DNA from: Bacteroidota bacterium
GTDB taxonomy: Bacteria > Bacteroidota > Bacteroidia > Bacteroidales > Marinilabiliaceae
Assembly: GCA_051744695.1 (NCBI GenBank)
Contig: JBNJDH010000001.1
Span: 1-39,056, forward strand
Direction: 5' to 3'
DNA length: 39,056 nucleotides
Numbering within the stretch: position 1 is the stretch's first letter; every line of letters starts with the position of its first letter. The notes under the pieces were generated by a model. The model was not told where the DNA came from. It saw only the letters and a list, made by a program, of their open reading frames with translations, and did not search any database. Shown here piece by piece: positions 9,058-18,133 of the stretch. A program made the position numbers and the translations under genes.

Positions 9058-9193
9058 CAATAGTCCGTCAAACTTTTGTAATACACTGTATTTCAATTGT
9101 TTAAAATTTCGGCGTTTCTCAGATTAAATCACAGTATATCAGTGTTGTACGAAATTTCTTACATCTTACATCTAATAATCTAACGATCTATTG
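9058..9193 (-). mobile_element. MITE family A, copy 5 (136 bp)
   Basis: CAATAGTCCGTCAA...CTAACGATCTATTG; 6-bp duplication TAAAAA at 9052-9057 and 9194-9199; colinear with copy 3. Confidence 0.9.
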
Positions 9194-9222
9194 TAAAAAA
9201 GGAGTTTTTTTATTTTTTGTCC

Positions 9223-10383
9223 ATGAACCCGACCATTTCCGTTATCATAGTCTCTTATCATGCAACTCCCCTCACCCACCTGTGTCTTTGGTCTCTTGCC
9301 TGCAGCGGACTCAAACACTCAGAGGTAATTGTCATCGACAATACCGGAAACGATCCATATAATCAAAAGATCTCTGCCGACTTTCCGTTTGTCAAAATCA
9401 TTCGAAACCGGACAAATGAAGGCTTTGGCAAAGGCTGTAACCGTGCTTTTAAATCCTCAGGCGGGAAGATCATCCTATTTCTGAATCCCGACACCATTGT
9501 GCCCGAAGATTTTGAACACAAGCTCATCAATTTTTTTGAAACCCATCCCCGTGCAGGCGCCATGGGAACAAAAATGATAGACGGATACGGTCGTTACCAG
9601 AATGAGTCAAAAAGAAATTTCCCTCATCCCTTAGCTGCCCTACTGAAATTTACCAAGCTACACAAATTTACCCCTCCCTCAGCCACCAAATGGCATTATT
9701 ACGCCCGGCACATCCCTCCGGATTCGCCGGCAGAAACAGAAGTTTTGTCGGGATCATTCATGGCTGTTACCCGCCAGGCTATGCTTCAGACCGGTGGGTT
9801 CGATCCCCGGTACTTCCTTTATGCCGAAGACATTGATTTGTCCTGGCTAATCCTCCGGTCCGGATTTGAGGTGTGGTACAACCCTGATATCGTGGTGGTA
9901 CACCTAAAAGGAGAAACCACGAAAAGAAGCCCGACATATATCAGAGACTTCTACCAGTCGATGCTTCAGTTTTATGATAAACATTATGCCCCACGGCAAC
10001 ATCCCCTGCTCTTTTCAATGGGCATTACCGCTATTAAAAGTGTTTCATTCTTTTCATCCATACGGCATCGTTACCGGACCATTTTCCGGTCCAATGTGCC
10101 ATCCAAAGTAAACCTTCACCCCGACTCCTGCATGGAAAGTTACGAAAAAATCCACTCCGCTCTCCCGTTTCAGGTCAGCAAACACAAAGGAAAACGATGG
10201 AAGCACTCTTACCTCCTGCTTTCAACCGGCAACTTATCTCCAAAACAACTGATCAGAACAATGGAAAATCAAATTGACCATTCATGCAAAATGATGATTT
10301 GGCACAAACCATCAGGACATCTTTTGCTTCTGAGCAATGCGCATCATTATAGCCTCTCCGTTCCATTGTCAGAGATCAAATAA
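9223..10383 (+). CDS. Glycosyltransferase family 2 (WbbL-like) with C-terminal extension
   Basis: ISVIIVSY, VIVIDN, NEGFGKGCN, LFLNPDT, GGFDPRYFLYAEDIDLS, HLKGE. Confidence 0.88.
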   Translation: MNPTISVIIVSYHATPLTHLCLWSLACSGLKHSEVIVIDNTGNDPYNQKISADFPFVKIIRNRTNEGFGKGCNRAFKSSGGKIILFLNPDTIVPEDFEHKLINFFETHPRAGAMGTKMIDGYGRYQNESKRNFPHPLAALLKFTKLHKFTPPSATKWHYYARHIPPDSPAETEVLSGSFMAVTRQAMLQTGGFDPRYFLYAEDIDLSWLILRSGFEVWYNPDIVVVHLKGETTKRSPTYIRDFYQSMLQFYDKHYAPRQHPLLFSMGITAIKSVSFFSSIRHRYRTIFRSNVPSKVNLHPDSCMESYEKIHSALPFQVSKHKGKRWKHSYLLLSTGNLSPKQLIRTMENQIDHSCKMMIWHKPSGHLLLLSNAHHYSLSVPLSEIK

Positions 10384-10484
10384 ATCGGGCACTTCATCAT
10401 TCAAAAACGGTCATTCAAAAAATCATCGGACTATAAACATCAATATTAAGGTTATTTTTTGTATTTTGAAACCTCAAAAAACTG

Positions 10485-12080
10485 ATGCCCATGACATTAA
10501 TACGACCGACTTTCATCTCCGGATTGCTATTTTTTATTGCTTGTCTGGTCACGCTTCCATCAAATGCCCAAACACGTCAATTGCGTGAAGCCGACAATCT
10601 CATTCAATCGGAATTGTACGATGAAGCCATCAAAATCCTGAAGCCTTTGGTAAAAGAAAACAATACCGAAGCCATATTCCTGACGGGGTTTAGCATGATG
10701 AACCGCCATGACGACATGGAGGCGGCTATCCAAATGCTGAAGAGAGCTGCCGATGCCTATCCGCTTCAGGAAAACAAGAAAAACAGTGAGGAAACCCTGG
10801 AAGCTCATTTCTTCCTGGCACAGGCCCACCGGCTCAACGAGGAAACAAAAACGGCCAAAGAAAAATTTGAGGATTTAAGAAAACACACAGACGACGAGGA
10901 AGTGCTTGAAGAGATTGAAAGGGAAATTCAATATTGCAACAATTTCCTGGACCTAAAAGACGATCCGGTGGAGATGAAAACTGAACACCTGGGCGAAGTA
11001 CTCAACAGCCGCTATGATGATCACAGCCCCATTGTGAGATACGATGAATCCACAATATATTTCACCTCCAACAGGCCCACAGAGGACCGGGACAGTGATG
11101 ATCCTTTTTTCGAGAACATTTATCAAAGTCAGTGGCGGAACGGGCAATGGACCGAACCTGAAATCCTGGATATCCCGGGAGAATCATTGGCCCACAGGGC
11201 AACAGTGGGCCTGACCCCCGACGGGCAGGGACTGATATTTTTTCAAAACGACGGCCAAAGCGGGTCCTTATACATCACCCGCCCAACCTTCAACGGATGG
11301 AGCGAACCCGAGCCCCTTCCCGAACCGATCAATTCAAATCATCACGAATCGCATGCATCCTTCTCCCGCGACGGCAATACCATTTATTTCTCGAGCGACC
11401 GTCCCGGAGGAATGGGGGGCAGCGATATTTACATCTGTCATAAATTACCCGACGGCTCATGGGGTGAGCCTCTGAATGCAGGAGAAAACATCAACACCCC
11501 CAACAACGAAGAAGGCCCTTTCATTCATCCAGATAATGAAACACTCTATTTTTCATCAGACGGCAATCAATCGATGGGGGGATTCGACGTTTTTAAAAGC
11601 AAAAAAAAGGAAAACGGGGAATGGGGAGAACCTGAAAATATTGGATATCCCATCAATACTCCGGCGGACGATCTGTTTTACATCCCTACTCCCAACGGCC
11701 AGAGGGTTTATTATGCCACCCGCCGCAAAGAAAGCCTGGGCAGGCTGGACCTTTTTCTCCTGCGTTTTTCTGAAACCAATGAACGGTCCATGTCGGTGGT
11801 CGCTTCGCACATCTTTAACAGCAACGATGAGCCGGCCGGCAATGCTGTTGTCCGTATTACCAACCCCGCAACCAATGAACAGGTAGGCATCTACCGCGTC
11901 AACCATAACTCGGGGAAATTTGTGGCCATTGTACCGGCTGCCCGGAAATACGAACTAACCATTGAATGCGAGGGACACAAGCCTTACCACGACACTTTTA
12001 ACCTAAAAACAACAGACGATTACAAAACCAGAAACCGGGCCATATATCTCCCTTCAGTGACCCTGAAAGAAAAAGAGTAG
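10485..12080 (+). CDS. Secreted TPR + PD40 beta-propeller + carboxypeptidase-regulatory-like protein (PorE-like, no OmpA domain)
   Basis: Signal peptide ending SNA|Q; helical TPR-like region; PD40 repeats IYFTSNRP, IYFSSDRPGGMGGSDIY, LYFSSDG..SMGGFDVF, NIGYPINTPADD. Confidence 0.82.
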   Translation: MPMTLIRPTFISGLLFFIACLVTLPSNAQTRQLREADNLIQSELYDEAIKILKPLVKENNTEAIFLTGFSMMNRHDDMEAAIQMLKRAADAYPLQENKKNSEETLEAHFFLAQAHRLNEETKTAKEKFEDLRKHTDDEEVLEEIEREIQYCNNFLDLKDDPVEMKTEHLGEVLNSRYDDHSPIVRYDESTIYFTSNRPTEDRDSDDPFFENIYQSQWRNGQWTEPEILDIPGESLAHRATVGLTPDGQGLIFFQNDGQSGSLYITRPTFNGWSEPEPLPEPINSNHHESHASFSRDGNTIYFSSDRPGGMGGSDIYICHKLPDGSWGEPLNAGENINTPNNEEGPFIHPDNETLYFSSDGNQSMGGFDVFKSKKKENGEWGEPENIGYPINTPADDLFYIPTPNGQRVYYATRRKESLGRLDLFLLRFSETNERSMSVVASHIFNSNDEPAGNAVVRITNPATNEQVGIYRVNHNSGKFVAIVPAARKYELTIECEGHKPYHDTFNLKTTDDYKTRNRAIYLPSVTLKEKE

Positions 12081-12122
12081 CAACGGTCAGCCTTCATTTT
12101 TGACATATTCGGGTCATAAGAT

Positions 12123-12130
12123 TATTTTTG
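12123..12130 (+). promoter_or_regulatory. -7 promoter box for the GNAT gene
   Basis: TATTTTTG 20 bp upstream of ATG 12151. Confidence 0.6.
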
Positions 12131-12150
12131 CCGCTTTAAAAAAACAGGAT

Positions 12151-12681
12151 ATGATCAGAAATGATAAAATCGTTCTTCGTGCCCTCGAACCACAAGATGC
12201 TGACCTCCTTTACAACTGGGAAAACCAAATGGAGTTGTGGCCTGTCAGCAATACCCTGACTCCCTTCAGCCGGCATCAGATTCTGACATATATCCGACAA
12301 ATTTCACTCGACATCTATCAAACCAAACAATTGCGATTGATGATCGATGTGGTCAACGGAGAGAAACAGGACAGCATTGGCATGATCGATTTGTTCGATT
12401 TTGATCCATATCACAACAGGGGCGGCATCGGTGTGATGATCTACAAACCCGAACGCGGAAAAGGTCATGCCCGCGAAGCTGTTGATTTGTTCCTCAATTA
12501 TGCTTTCAATCACCTGGGACTCCATCAGGTGTATTGCGACATTAGCGAAGACAATGACAGAAGCATCAAACTTTTTGAGAGTCTGGGATTCGAAATGATT
12601 GGCCGAAAAAAAGAATGGCTAAAAACCCCGAAGGGTTACAAGGATGAACTGATGTATCAAAAAATCGCCGGCAAAAAGTAA
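12151..12681 (+). CDS. GNAT family N-acetyltransferase (RimJ/SpeG-like)
   Basis: LRALEPQDAD.LYNWEN, IGMIDLFDFDP, RGKGHA, SIKLFESLGF. Confidence 0.88.
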   Translation: MIRNDKIVLRALEPQDADLLYNWENQMELWPVSNTLTPFSRHQILTYIRQISLDIYQTKQLRLMIDVVNGEKQDSIGMIDLFDFDPYHNRGGIGVMIYKPERGKGHAREAVDLFLNYAFNHLGLHQVYCDISEDNDRSIKLFESLGFEMIGRKKEWLKTPKGYKDELMYQKIAGKK

Positions 12682-12765
12682 AACAAAAATTTTTGCAATC
12701 AAGCAACAAAACTGACCGGAGCAACTTCTCTCCATATAGAAAAATCAAAGAAAACCGGCGGAAGA

Positions 12766-13218
12766 TCATTGCAGATCTTCAAAAACAGGAAATTTGTTCA
12801 AAACAGAATAATCGCCGGTTTGGGTATTTGTATAAATGCAAAAATGCTTCAGCCCATTGGTCAATACAAGATAGGGAACTTTTACAACCGTATTGTAACG
12901 GGCAGCCTGAGCCAGAACAGCCCCATCTATCTCTACCGACGGGGCTTTGCACTCCACGATCAGAGCCGGATTTCCCCTTCGGTTGTGTATGACAACATCG
13001 CATCGCTGGGCCATTCCGCCTATTTTAATCATCTTTTCCACTCCGGTCAGACCAGAAGGATATTGCAAATTTTCGTGCATATATCGGATGAAGTTCTGCC
13101 GAACCCATTCCTCGGGGGTCAGCACGACAAATTTTCCGCGAATCCCGTCAAAAATGAACTTCTTCCCCGCTTCTTCCTTATACCTGAAAGAAAAAGTTGG
13201 CAGATTAAGTTTTTCCAT
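12766..13218 (-). CDS. Stand-alone HsdR N-terminal domain protein (PD-(D/E)xK-like)
   Basis: LNLP, LTPEEWVRQ, RCD, IVECKAP, QAARYN, LTNGLKH. Conserved Bacteroidota gene next to amn/holA, not a complete RM system. Confidence 0.85.
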   Translation of the reverse strand: MEKLNLPTFSFRYKEEAGKKFIFDGIRGKFVVLTPEEWVRQNFIRYMHENLQYPSGLTGVEKMIKIGGMAQRCDVVIHNRRGNPALIVECKAPSVEIDGAVLAQAARYNTVVKVPYLVLTNGLKHFCIYTNTQTGDYSVLNKFPVFEDLQ

Positions 13219-13411
13219 AAAAAAAATCCTCCATTTGAATGCGAACCCATACAAAGATACAAAAGCCATACAGATTCATGGTTTTTGAACCGTTTTATAA
13301 GAGACCGGAAAAAAATAACATTATCTTCGTAGTACCTGCACCGGGCACAAGAGGGCCCGGACCCAAAACTAAGCATGATTCACACACCTTTTACTGAATA
13401 AACCGTAAAAA

Positions 13412-14188
13412 ATGAAGACCAAACAAGACATCGTTGAAAACTGGCTGCCAAGATATACAGGCAGGCCGCTAAACGAATTTACAAAACACATCCTCCTGAC
13501 CAATTTCAACCACTACGTTGAACTCTTCTCAAAGTGGCACAATGTCCCCATCTACGGAGAAGAACACAACATGCCCAACTGCAGTGCCGAAGGCATTACC
13601 ATCATCAATTTCGGAATGGGAAGCCCCAACGCTGCCACGGTTATGGATCTTTTGAGCGCCGTTAATCCCGGGGCAGTTCTTTTTCTGGGCAAGTGCGGCG
13701 GACTGAAGAAAAAAAATACACTGGGTGACCTCATCCTACCTATCGGAGCCATTCGCAGCGACGGAACATCCAACGATTACCTGCCGCCCGAAATCCCTGC
13801 CCTTCCCTCATTTAGCCTTCAGAGAGCCGTATCTACATCCATTCGCGACAAAGGAAGAGATTACTACACTGGCACCGTTTTTACGACCAACAAAAGGGTT
13901 TGGGAATACGATGAACGATTCAAAAAATACCTGGCGAAGACACGCGCCATGGCCATCGATATGGAATCGGCCACCATCTTCACCGTGGGATTTGCCAATT
14001 CCATTCCTTCGGGAGCTTTACTGCTTGTTTCCGATCAGCCCATGATCTCCACAGGAATTAAGACCATTTCCAGCGATCAGCGAGTCACCCGCGAATACGT
14101 GGAAGAACACCTCCGCATCGGCATCAATTCGCTCAAAGAACTTATCAATCACGGAAAATCTGTCAAACACCTGAAATTTGACAGCTGA
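13412..14188 (+). CDS. amn: AMP nucleosidase (Bacteroidota/Chlamydia type)
   Basis: MKTKQDIVENWLPRYTG, ILLTNF, NFGMGSPNAA, FLGKCGG, AIDMESAT, LLVSDQP. Confidence 0.92.
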   Translation: MKTKQDIVENWLPRYTGRPLNEFTKHILLTNFNHYVELFSKWHNVPIYGEEHNMPNCSAEGITIINFGMGSPNAATVMDLLSAVNPGAVLFLGKCGGLKKKNTLGDLILPIGAIRSDGTSNDYLPPEIPALPSFSLQRAVSTSIRDKGRDYYTGTVFTTNKRVWEYDERFKKYLAKTRAMAIDMESATIFTVGFANSIPSGALLLVSDQPMISTGIKTISSDQRVTREYVEEHLRIGINSLKELINHGKSVKHLKFDS

Positions 14189-14232
14189 GCAGACGCCCCC
14201 GGTTACCATGTCAGGATTCAGGTTTAAAATTG

Positions 14233-14240
14233 TAACTTTG
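14233..14240 (+). promoter_or_regulatory. -7 promoter box for holA
   Basis: TAACTTTG 23 bp upstream of the ATG. Confidence 0.65.
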
Positions 14241-14263
14241 CTCCTTCAAAGGGGACTATTATT

Positions 14264-15277
14264 ATGAAGTTTGAAGATATTGTTTCACAACTGGAAAAAG
14301 GTCAGTTTGCCCAGGTTTACCTGCTTATGGGAGACGAACCCTGGTATGCCGACTACATTACCGATTACATTGCCCGCCATGCACTGAAGGATGAAGAAAA
14401 AGACTTCAACCAAACCACCTTGTATGGGAATGACATCAACGCGGTGGACATCGTTCATGCTGCCCGCAGGTATCCCATGATGGCCCCGCGTCAGGTTGTC
14501 CTCATCAGGGAAGCCCAGCACATTAAAGACTTGTCCCCGTTGGTTACTTATCTGGAAGCGCCTGCCCCAACAACCATTTTGGTTTTGAATTTTCGGGGAA
14601 AGATTGACAAAAGATCAAAATTTTGGAACAGCCTGAAGAAAAAGAATTTTGCTGTCACCCTTGAAAGTGAAAAGCTGAAAGAATACCAGGTAGGTCCATG
14701 GATTACCAATTATCTGAAAAAGCTGGGGTTTTCCATCGATGCCAAAGCCTCCACAATGCTGGTGGAACATCTGGGCAACAACCTGGAAAACGTGGTCAAA
14801 GCTCTGGACAAGCTAAAAGTCGCTGTCGGGAAAGATGTATCTACCATCACCCCCGCTCACGTAGAAGAGTATGTGGGCATCAGCAAAGACTACAACACCT
14901 TTGAACTCCAAAAAGCCATCACTCAGGGCAATGCGCTAAAGGCCAATCAAATTGCCCGGGTATTCGGGAAAAACCCCAACGCATATCCCATACCTTTGGT
15001 GACAGGTACCTTGTTCAGTTTTTTCCGAAGACTCATGTTTTTTCATGTGCTCATGCGAAGTGGCCAGACCAATGAAAGTGTTGTGGCCAAAAAGCTGGGC
15101 GTCCCAACGTTTGCATTAAAAGAATATAAGGCCGCTTCCCGCCGGTATAACTGGGGAAAATGCAGGCAGTCGGTGTCGCTCATCAGGGAAATTGACATGC
15201 GTTCCAAAGGTTACAGTAGTGAAAACACACCCCCGGAAGAACTCCTTAAAGAGTTGATTTTCAAATTAATGAATTAA
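14264..15277 (+). CDS. holA: DNA polymerase III subunit delta
   Basis: YLLMGDEPW, EKDFNQ, ARRYPMM, GISKDYNTFELQ, IREIDMRSKG. Confidence 0.92.
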   Translation: MKFEDIVSQLEKGQFAQVYLLMGDEPWYADYITDYIARHALKDEEKDFNQTTLYGNDINAVDIVHAARRYPMMAPRQVVLIREAQHIKDLSPLVTYLEAPAPTTILVLNFRGKIDKRSKFWNSLKKKNFAVTLESEKLKEYQVGPWITNYLKKLGFSIDAKASTMLVEHLGNNLENVVKALDKLKVAVGKDVSTITPAHVEEYVGISKDYNTFELQKAITQGNALKANQIARVFGKNPNAYPIPLVTGTLFSFFRRLMFFHVLMRSGQTNESVVAKKLGVPTFALKEYKAASRRYNWGKCRQSVSLIREIDMRSKGYSSENTPPEELLKELIFKLMN

Positions 15278-15299
15278 AAAATACATTAAACCCACTCAC

Positions 15300-15923
15300 A
15301 TGGATATTAGTATTAACCTCATCATAATCATTGTCATTTCAGCCGTAAGCATTTATTCATTCAGTAATCCTGCTGTTCTGGGCAAACTTCAGTTCAATGC
15401 ATGGCAAGTGGTTCACAGAAAGGAATATCACCGGGTTCTTTCATATGGTCTGGTGCACGGCAGTTGGATTCATCTTATCATCAACATGTTGGTGCTTTTC
15501 TCTTTCGGCAGGGGTGTTATACACTATTTTGAACAGGCATTCGACGGAGGCGCAACCATTCGCTATCTGATTCTTTTTGTAAGCGCCATAGTGGTATCCA
15601 CCCTTTCATCCCTGAACAAAGAAAAAGACAATCCCCACTACAACGCTGTGGGAGCATCAGGCGCTGTTGCGGCGGTGGTGTTTTCATCCATTTTGTTCAA
15701 CCCCTACCATGCCATTTACCTCTTTGGCATTGTTCCGATTCCGGGAATTGTTTTTGGGGTATTATTCATTATTTACTCCAAATACATGTCCAAACGCAAC
15801 GTGGACAATATCGGCCATGACGCCCACTATTATGGAGCGCTTTACGGCCTGATATTCCCCTTGCTGTATGAGCCCAAGCTGGCCATCCACTTTTTCAATG
15901 AATTGATGAGTTTTAATTTTTAA
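15300..15923 (+). CDS. Rhomboid family intramembrane serine protease
   Basis: HxxxxHLIINM, catalytic GASG, GHDAHYYGAL. Confidence 0.93.
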   Translation: MDISINLIIIIVISAVSIYSFSNPAVLGKLQFNAWQVVHRKEYHRVLSYGLVHGSWIHLIINMLVLFSFGRGVIHYFEQAFDGGATIRYLILFVSAIVVSTLSSLNKEKDNPHYNAVGASGAVAAVVFSSILFNPYHAIYLFGIVPIPGIVFGVLFIIYSKYMSKRNVDNIGHDAHYYGALYGLIFPLLYEPKLAIHFFNELMSFNF

Positions 15924-16098
15924 GCTGATTAGTTCATGAATCTTCGTCATGAGATGCTCAAATATCAAGAAATACGAGTACCCGCAGACAAATTTGAAGC
16001 AGGAAATAGCGAACTATTTTCAATTCAAATTTGATGAGGACGCTTGTATTTCGCAGATAGTTGATGCATTGCAATAGATTATTTATGAATTAATCAGC
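15924..16098. mobile_element. 175-bp palindromic MITE-like element B in a TTAA site
   Basis: TIRs GCTGATTAGTTCATGAAT / ATTTATGAATTAATCAGC match 16/18. TTAA flanks both sides (15920-15923, 16099-16102). Nested internal inverted repeats. Confidence 0.8.
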
Positions 16099-16120
16099 TT
16101 AAGCCAAACCCATTTTGCTT

Positions 16121-16990
16121 ATGCCACCGGGCAACCGGAAATATCTTATTCTCAACGGTCATTTTTATGAAACGGACAAGCCGCTTTTTACAGCGGCCAA
16201 CAGGGCTTTCAGATATGGCGACGGGCTTTTCGAAACCATTCGTTGCCACCAGACCCGTCCGCTTTTCTTTGAAGAGCATTACCGGCGTCTCCTCCGGGGC
16301 ATGTCGGTTCTGAAGATCAACACATCCGGTCTGCCCTCAGCCGCAGCTTTTCAGGAACACATTGAACGACTGATCGTGCGGAACCGCATCTTCTATGATG
16401 CCAGGGTCCGTCTTTCACTTTTTCGCCGCGATGGCGGGCTTTACACACCGGAAAATAACAACCCCGCCTGGTTACTCGAAGCCACACCTTTAGATGACAA
16501 AGGCTATCACCTCAACACCAATGGACTCCGGATCGGGATTTTTGAAGGATTTCCCAAGGTCTGGACATTGGCAGCACCCTTCAAAACACTGTCGGCCACA
16601 CCTTTTATTCTGGCAGGTCTTGCCCGCAAAGAAAATTTCTGGGACGATTGCCTGATTCCTAATCAGGATAAAAAACTGATCGAAAGCATTAGTTCCAATC
16701 TTTTTTGGCGAAAAGATGACAAATTGTTCACACCCGCCGTTTCATCCGGATGTGTGGACGGCATCATGCGAAAACAGTTACTGCAGTTTGCCAAAGAGAA
16801 AAACATCCCTCTCACTGAAACAACGGGGGCATCAAAAGAAGAGTTGTTGTCTGCAGATGAGATATTTCTAACCAATGCTGTCAACGGAGTGCGCTGGGTT
16901 GTGGCCCTTGAAGAAAAGCGTTACTACAATCGCCTCCCAAAAGAAATTGTAAAATGGCTAAATGAACATGCCGGCACAAGCATGGGCTAA
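16121..16990 (+). CDS. Class IV aminotransferase (PabC/IlvE-like)
   Basis: NRAFRYGDGLFETIR, probable PLP lysine in FKTLS, ESISSNLF, GCVDGIMR, ADEIFLTNA. Confidence 0.88.
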   Translation: MPPGNRKYLILNGHFYETDKPLFTAANRAFRYGDGLFETIRCHQTRPLFFEEHYRRLLRGMSVLKINTSGLPSAAAFQEHIERLIVRNRIFYDARVRLSLFRRDGGLYTPENNNPAWLLEATPLDDKGYHLNTNGLRIGIFEGFPKVWTLAAPFKTLSATPFILAGLARKENFWDDCLIPNQDKKLIESISSNLFWRKDDKLFTPAVSSGCVDGIMRKQLLQFAKEKNIPLTETTGASKEELLSADEIFLTNAVNGVRWVVALEEKRYYNRLPKEIVKWLNEHAGTSMG

Positions 16991-17202
16991 TTAGTGTCTG
17001 GTCATAAAGTACCACTTGCTGCGTTACACGAATCCGCCAAAATACTCATTTACGTGAGTAAACGGCGTTTTTGGCGGCTTCGCAAGCTTTGCAATTGGCA
17101 CTTTCTGAACAGACACATGATTACTAACATGCTTTGTCCAATTTATAGACGGGCACTAATTAGTGTCTGGTCAGCAAGTGGCACTTTATGGACAGATACT
17201 AA
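16991..17202. mobile_element. Compound palindromic element C between convergent genes
   Basis: 31-bp inverted repeat at 16991-17021 and 17172-17202 (27/31). A further inverted copy lies at 17091-17116. Direct repeat TTAGTGTCTGGTCA at 16991 and 17160. Confidence 0.75.
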
Positions 17203-17792
17203 TTAAAAGTCGGGTTGCGGGGAAAATTGGTCCAGGTTTTATATATGTCTCCCATTTTTTTCATGGCCCGTTCCCAGCTGTCTTCCACATCCCGGGTCAT
17301 GATAAGCTCATCATCAAGGGTGGAAACCACCCAGCTATTCTCGGCGATCTCTCCTTCCAACTGATCGGGTGCCCAGCCTGAATAGCCGGCAAAAAACTTG
17401 ACTGACCGGCTGGATGCCTCCCCGTCGTTGATCATTTTTTTCAGATGTTCAAAGTCACCTCCCCAGTATACCGTATCGGTCACCTTTATGGCTCCGGGAA
17501 CAGCGGGCCCCAGGGTGTGAAGAAAACTCAGGGTATTGGAAGATACCGGGCCGCCCACGAACAATTCTCCTTCAAAACTCAGGAGATCGTCTATCACCTC
17601 ATCAGGATAGAGCTCGGTGGATTTATTCAGAACAAAACCAACGGTTCCTTTTTCATTGTGTTCCGTAAGCAAAACAATGGACCGCGCAAAATAAGGACCC
17701 TGCAAAAATGGTTCGGCGATAAGAACCCTTCCGGCAGCAGGTTTCAGGTTGGTTTTCGAAGGCTGAAAAATGTTAAAATCAAGCTTTTTCAT
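17199..17792 (-). CDS. YqgE/AlgH family protein (UPF0301)
   Basis: GRVLIAEPFL, FARSIVLL, GFVLNK, GGPV, FFAGYSGWAPDQLEGEI. Confidence 0.93.
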   Translation of the reverse strand: MKKLDFNIFQPSKTNLKPAAGRVLIAEPFLQGPYFARSIVLLTEHNEKGTVGFVLNKSTELYPDEVIDDLLSFEGELFVGGPVSSNTLSFLHTLGPAVPGAIKVTDTVYWGGDFEHLKKMINDGEASSRSVKFFAGYSGWAPDQLEGEIAENSWVVSTLDDELIMTRDVEDSWERAMKKMGDIYKTWTNFPRNPTFN

Positions 17793-18133
17793 AAATCCTG
17801 CATTTTTCGGGGAGCTATATCACCCGGTATTGAACTAAACCCGGACCGGTATTTCGTCCGCCAGAAACCGGTACTTTTTCAATTGCAAAAGCTGGCCTGC
17901 AACCAATAAAAAAATGGCTCTGTAAGGAAGGAAAAAACCACCCTTACTCTCTAACTAAATTAAGAAAAAAACATGCCGTCTCCAAAAGTTTGTCCCACAA
18001 AAACATTCTTTGATCAAATTTTACCGACCGCTCAAAACCAGAGTATGGATATTGGACTGCGAATGACATAGATTTGCCGGTAAAGAGCTGCTTCTAAAGC
18101 AGCCGAAAAACAAAACAGCAAAGTTGAAATATA

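Noticed and set aside
12766-13218. HsdR-N protein as a restriction/defence system
   Set aside because: No hsdM, hsdS or helicase nearby. It is a conserved stand-alone Bacteroidota gene in its usual amn-holA context.
15762-17381. Short ORFs overlapping elements B and C (15762-15968, 16994-17206, 17163-17381)
   Set aside because: No recognisable motifs and non-ATG starts. They are explained by the palindromic elements or are antisense to real genes.
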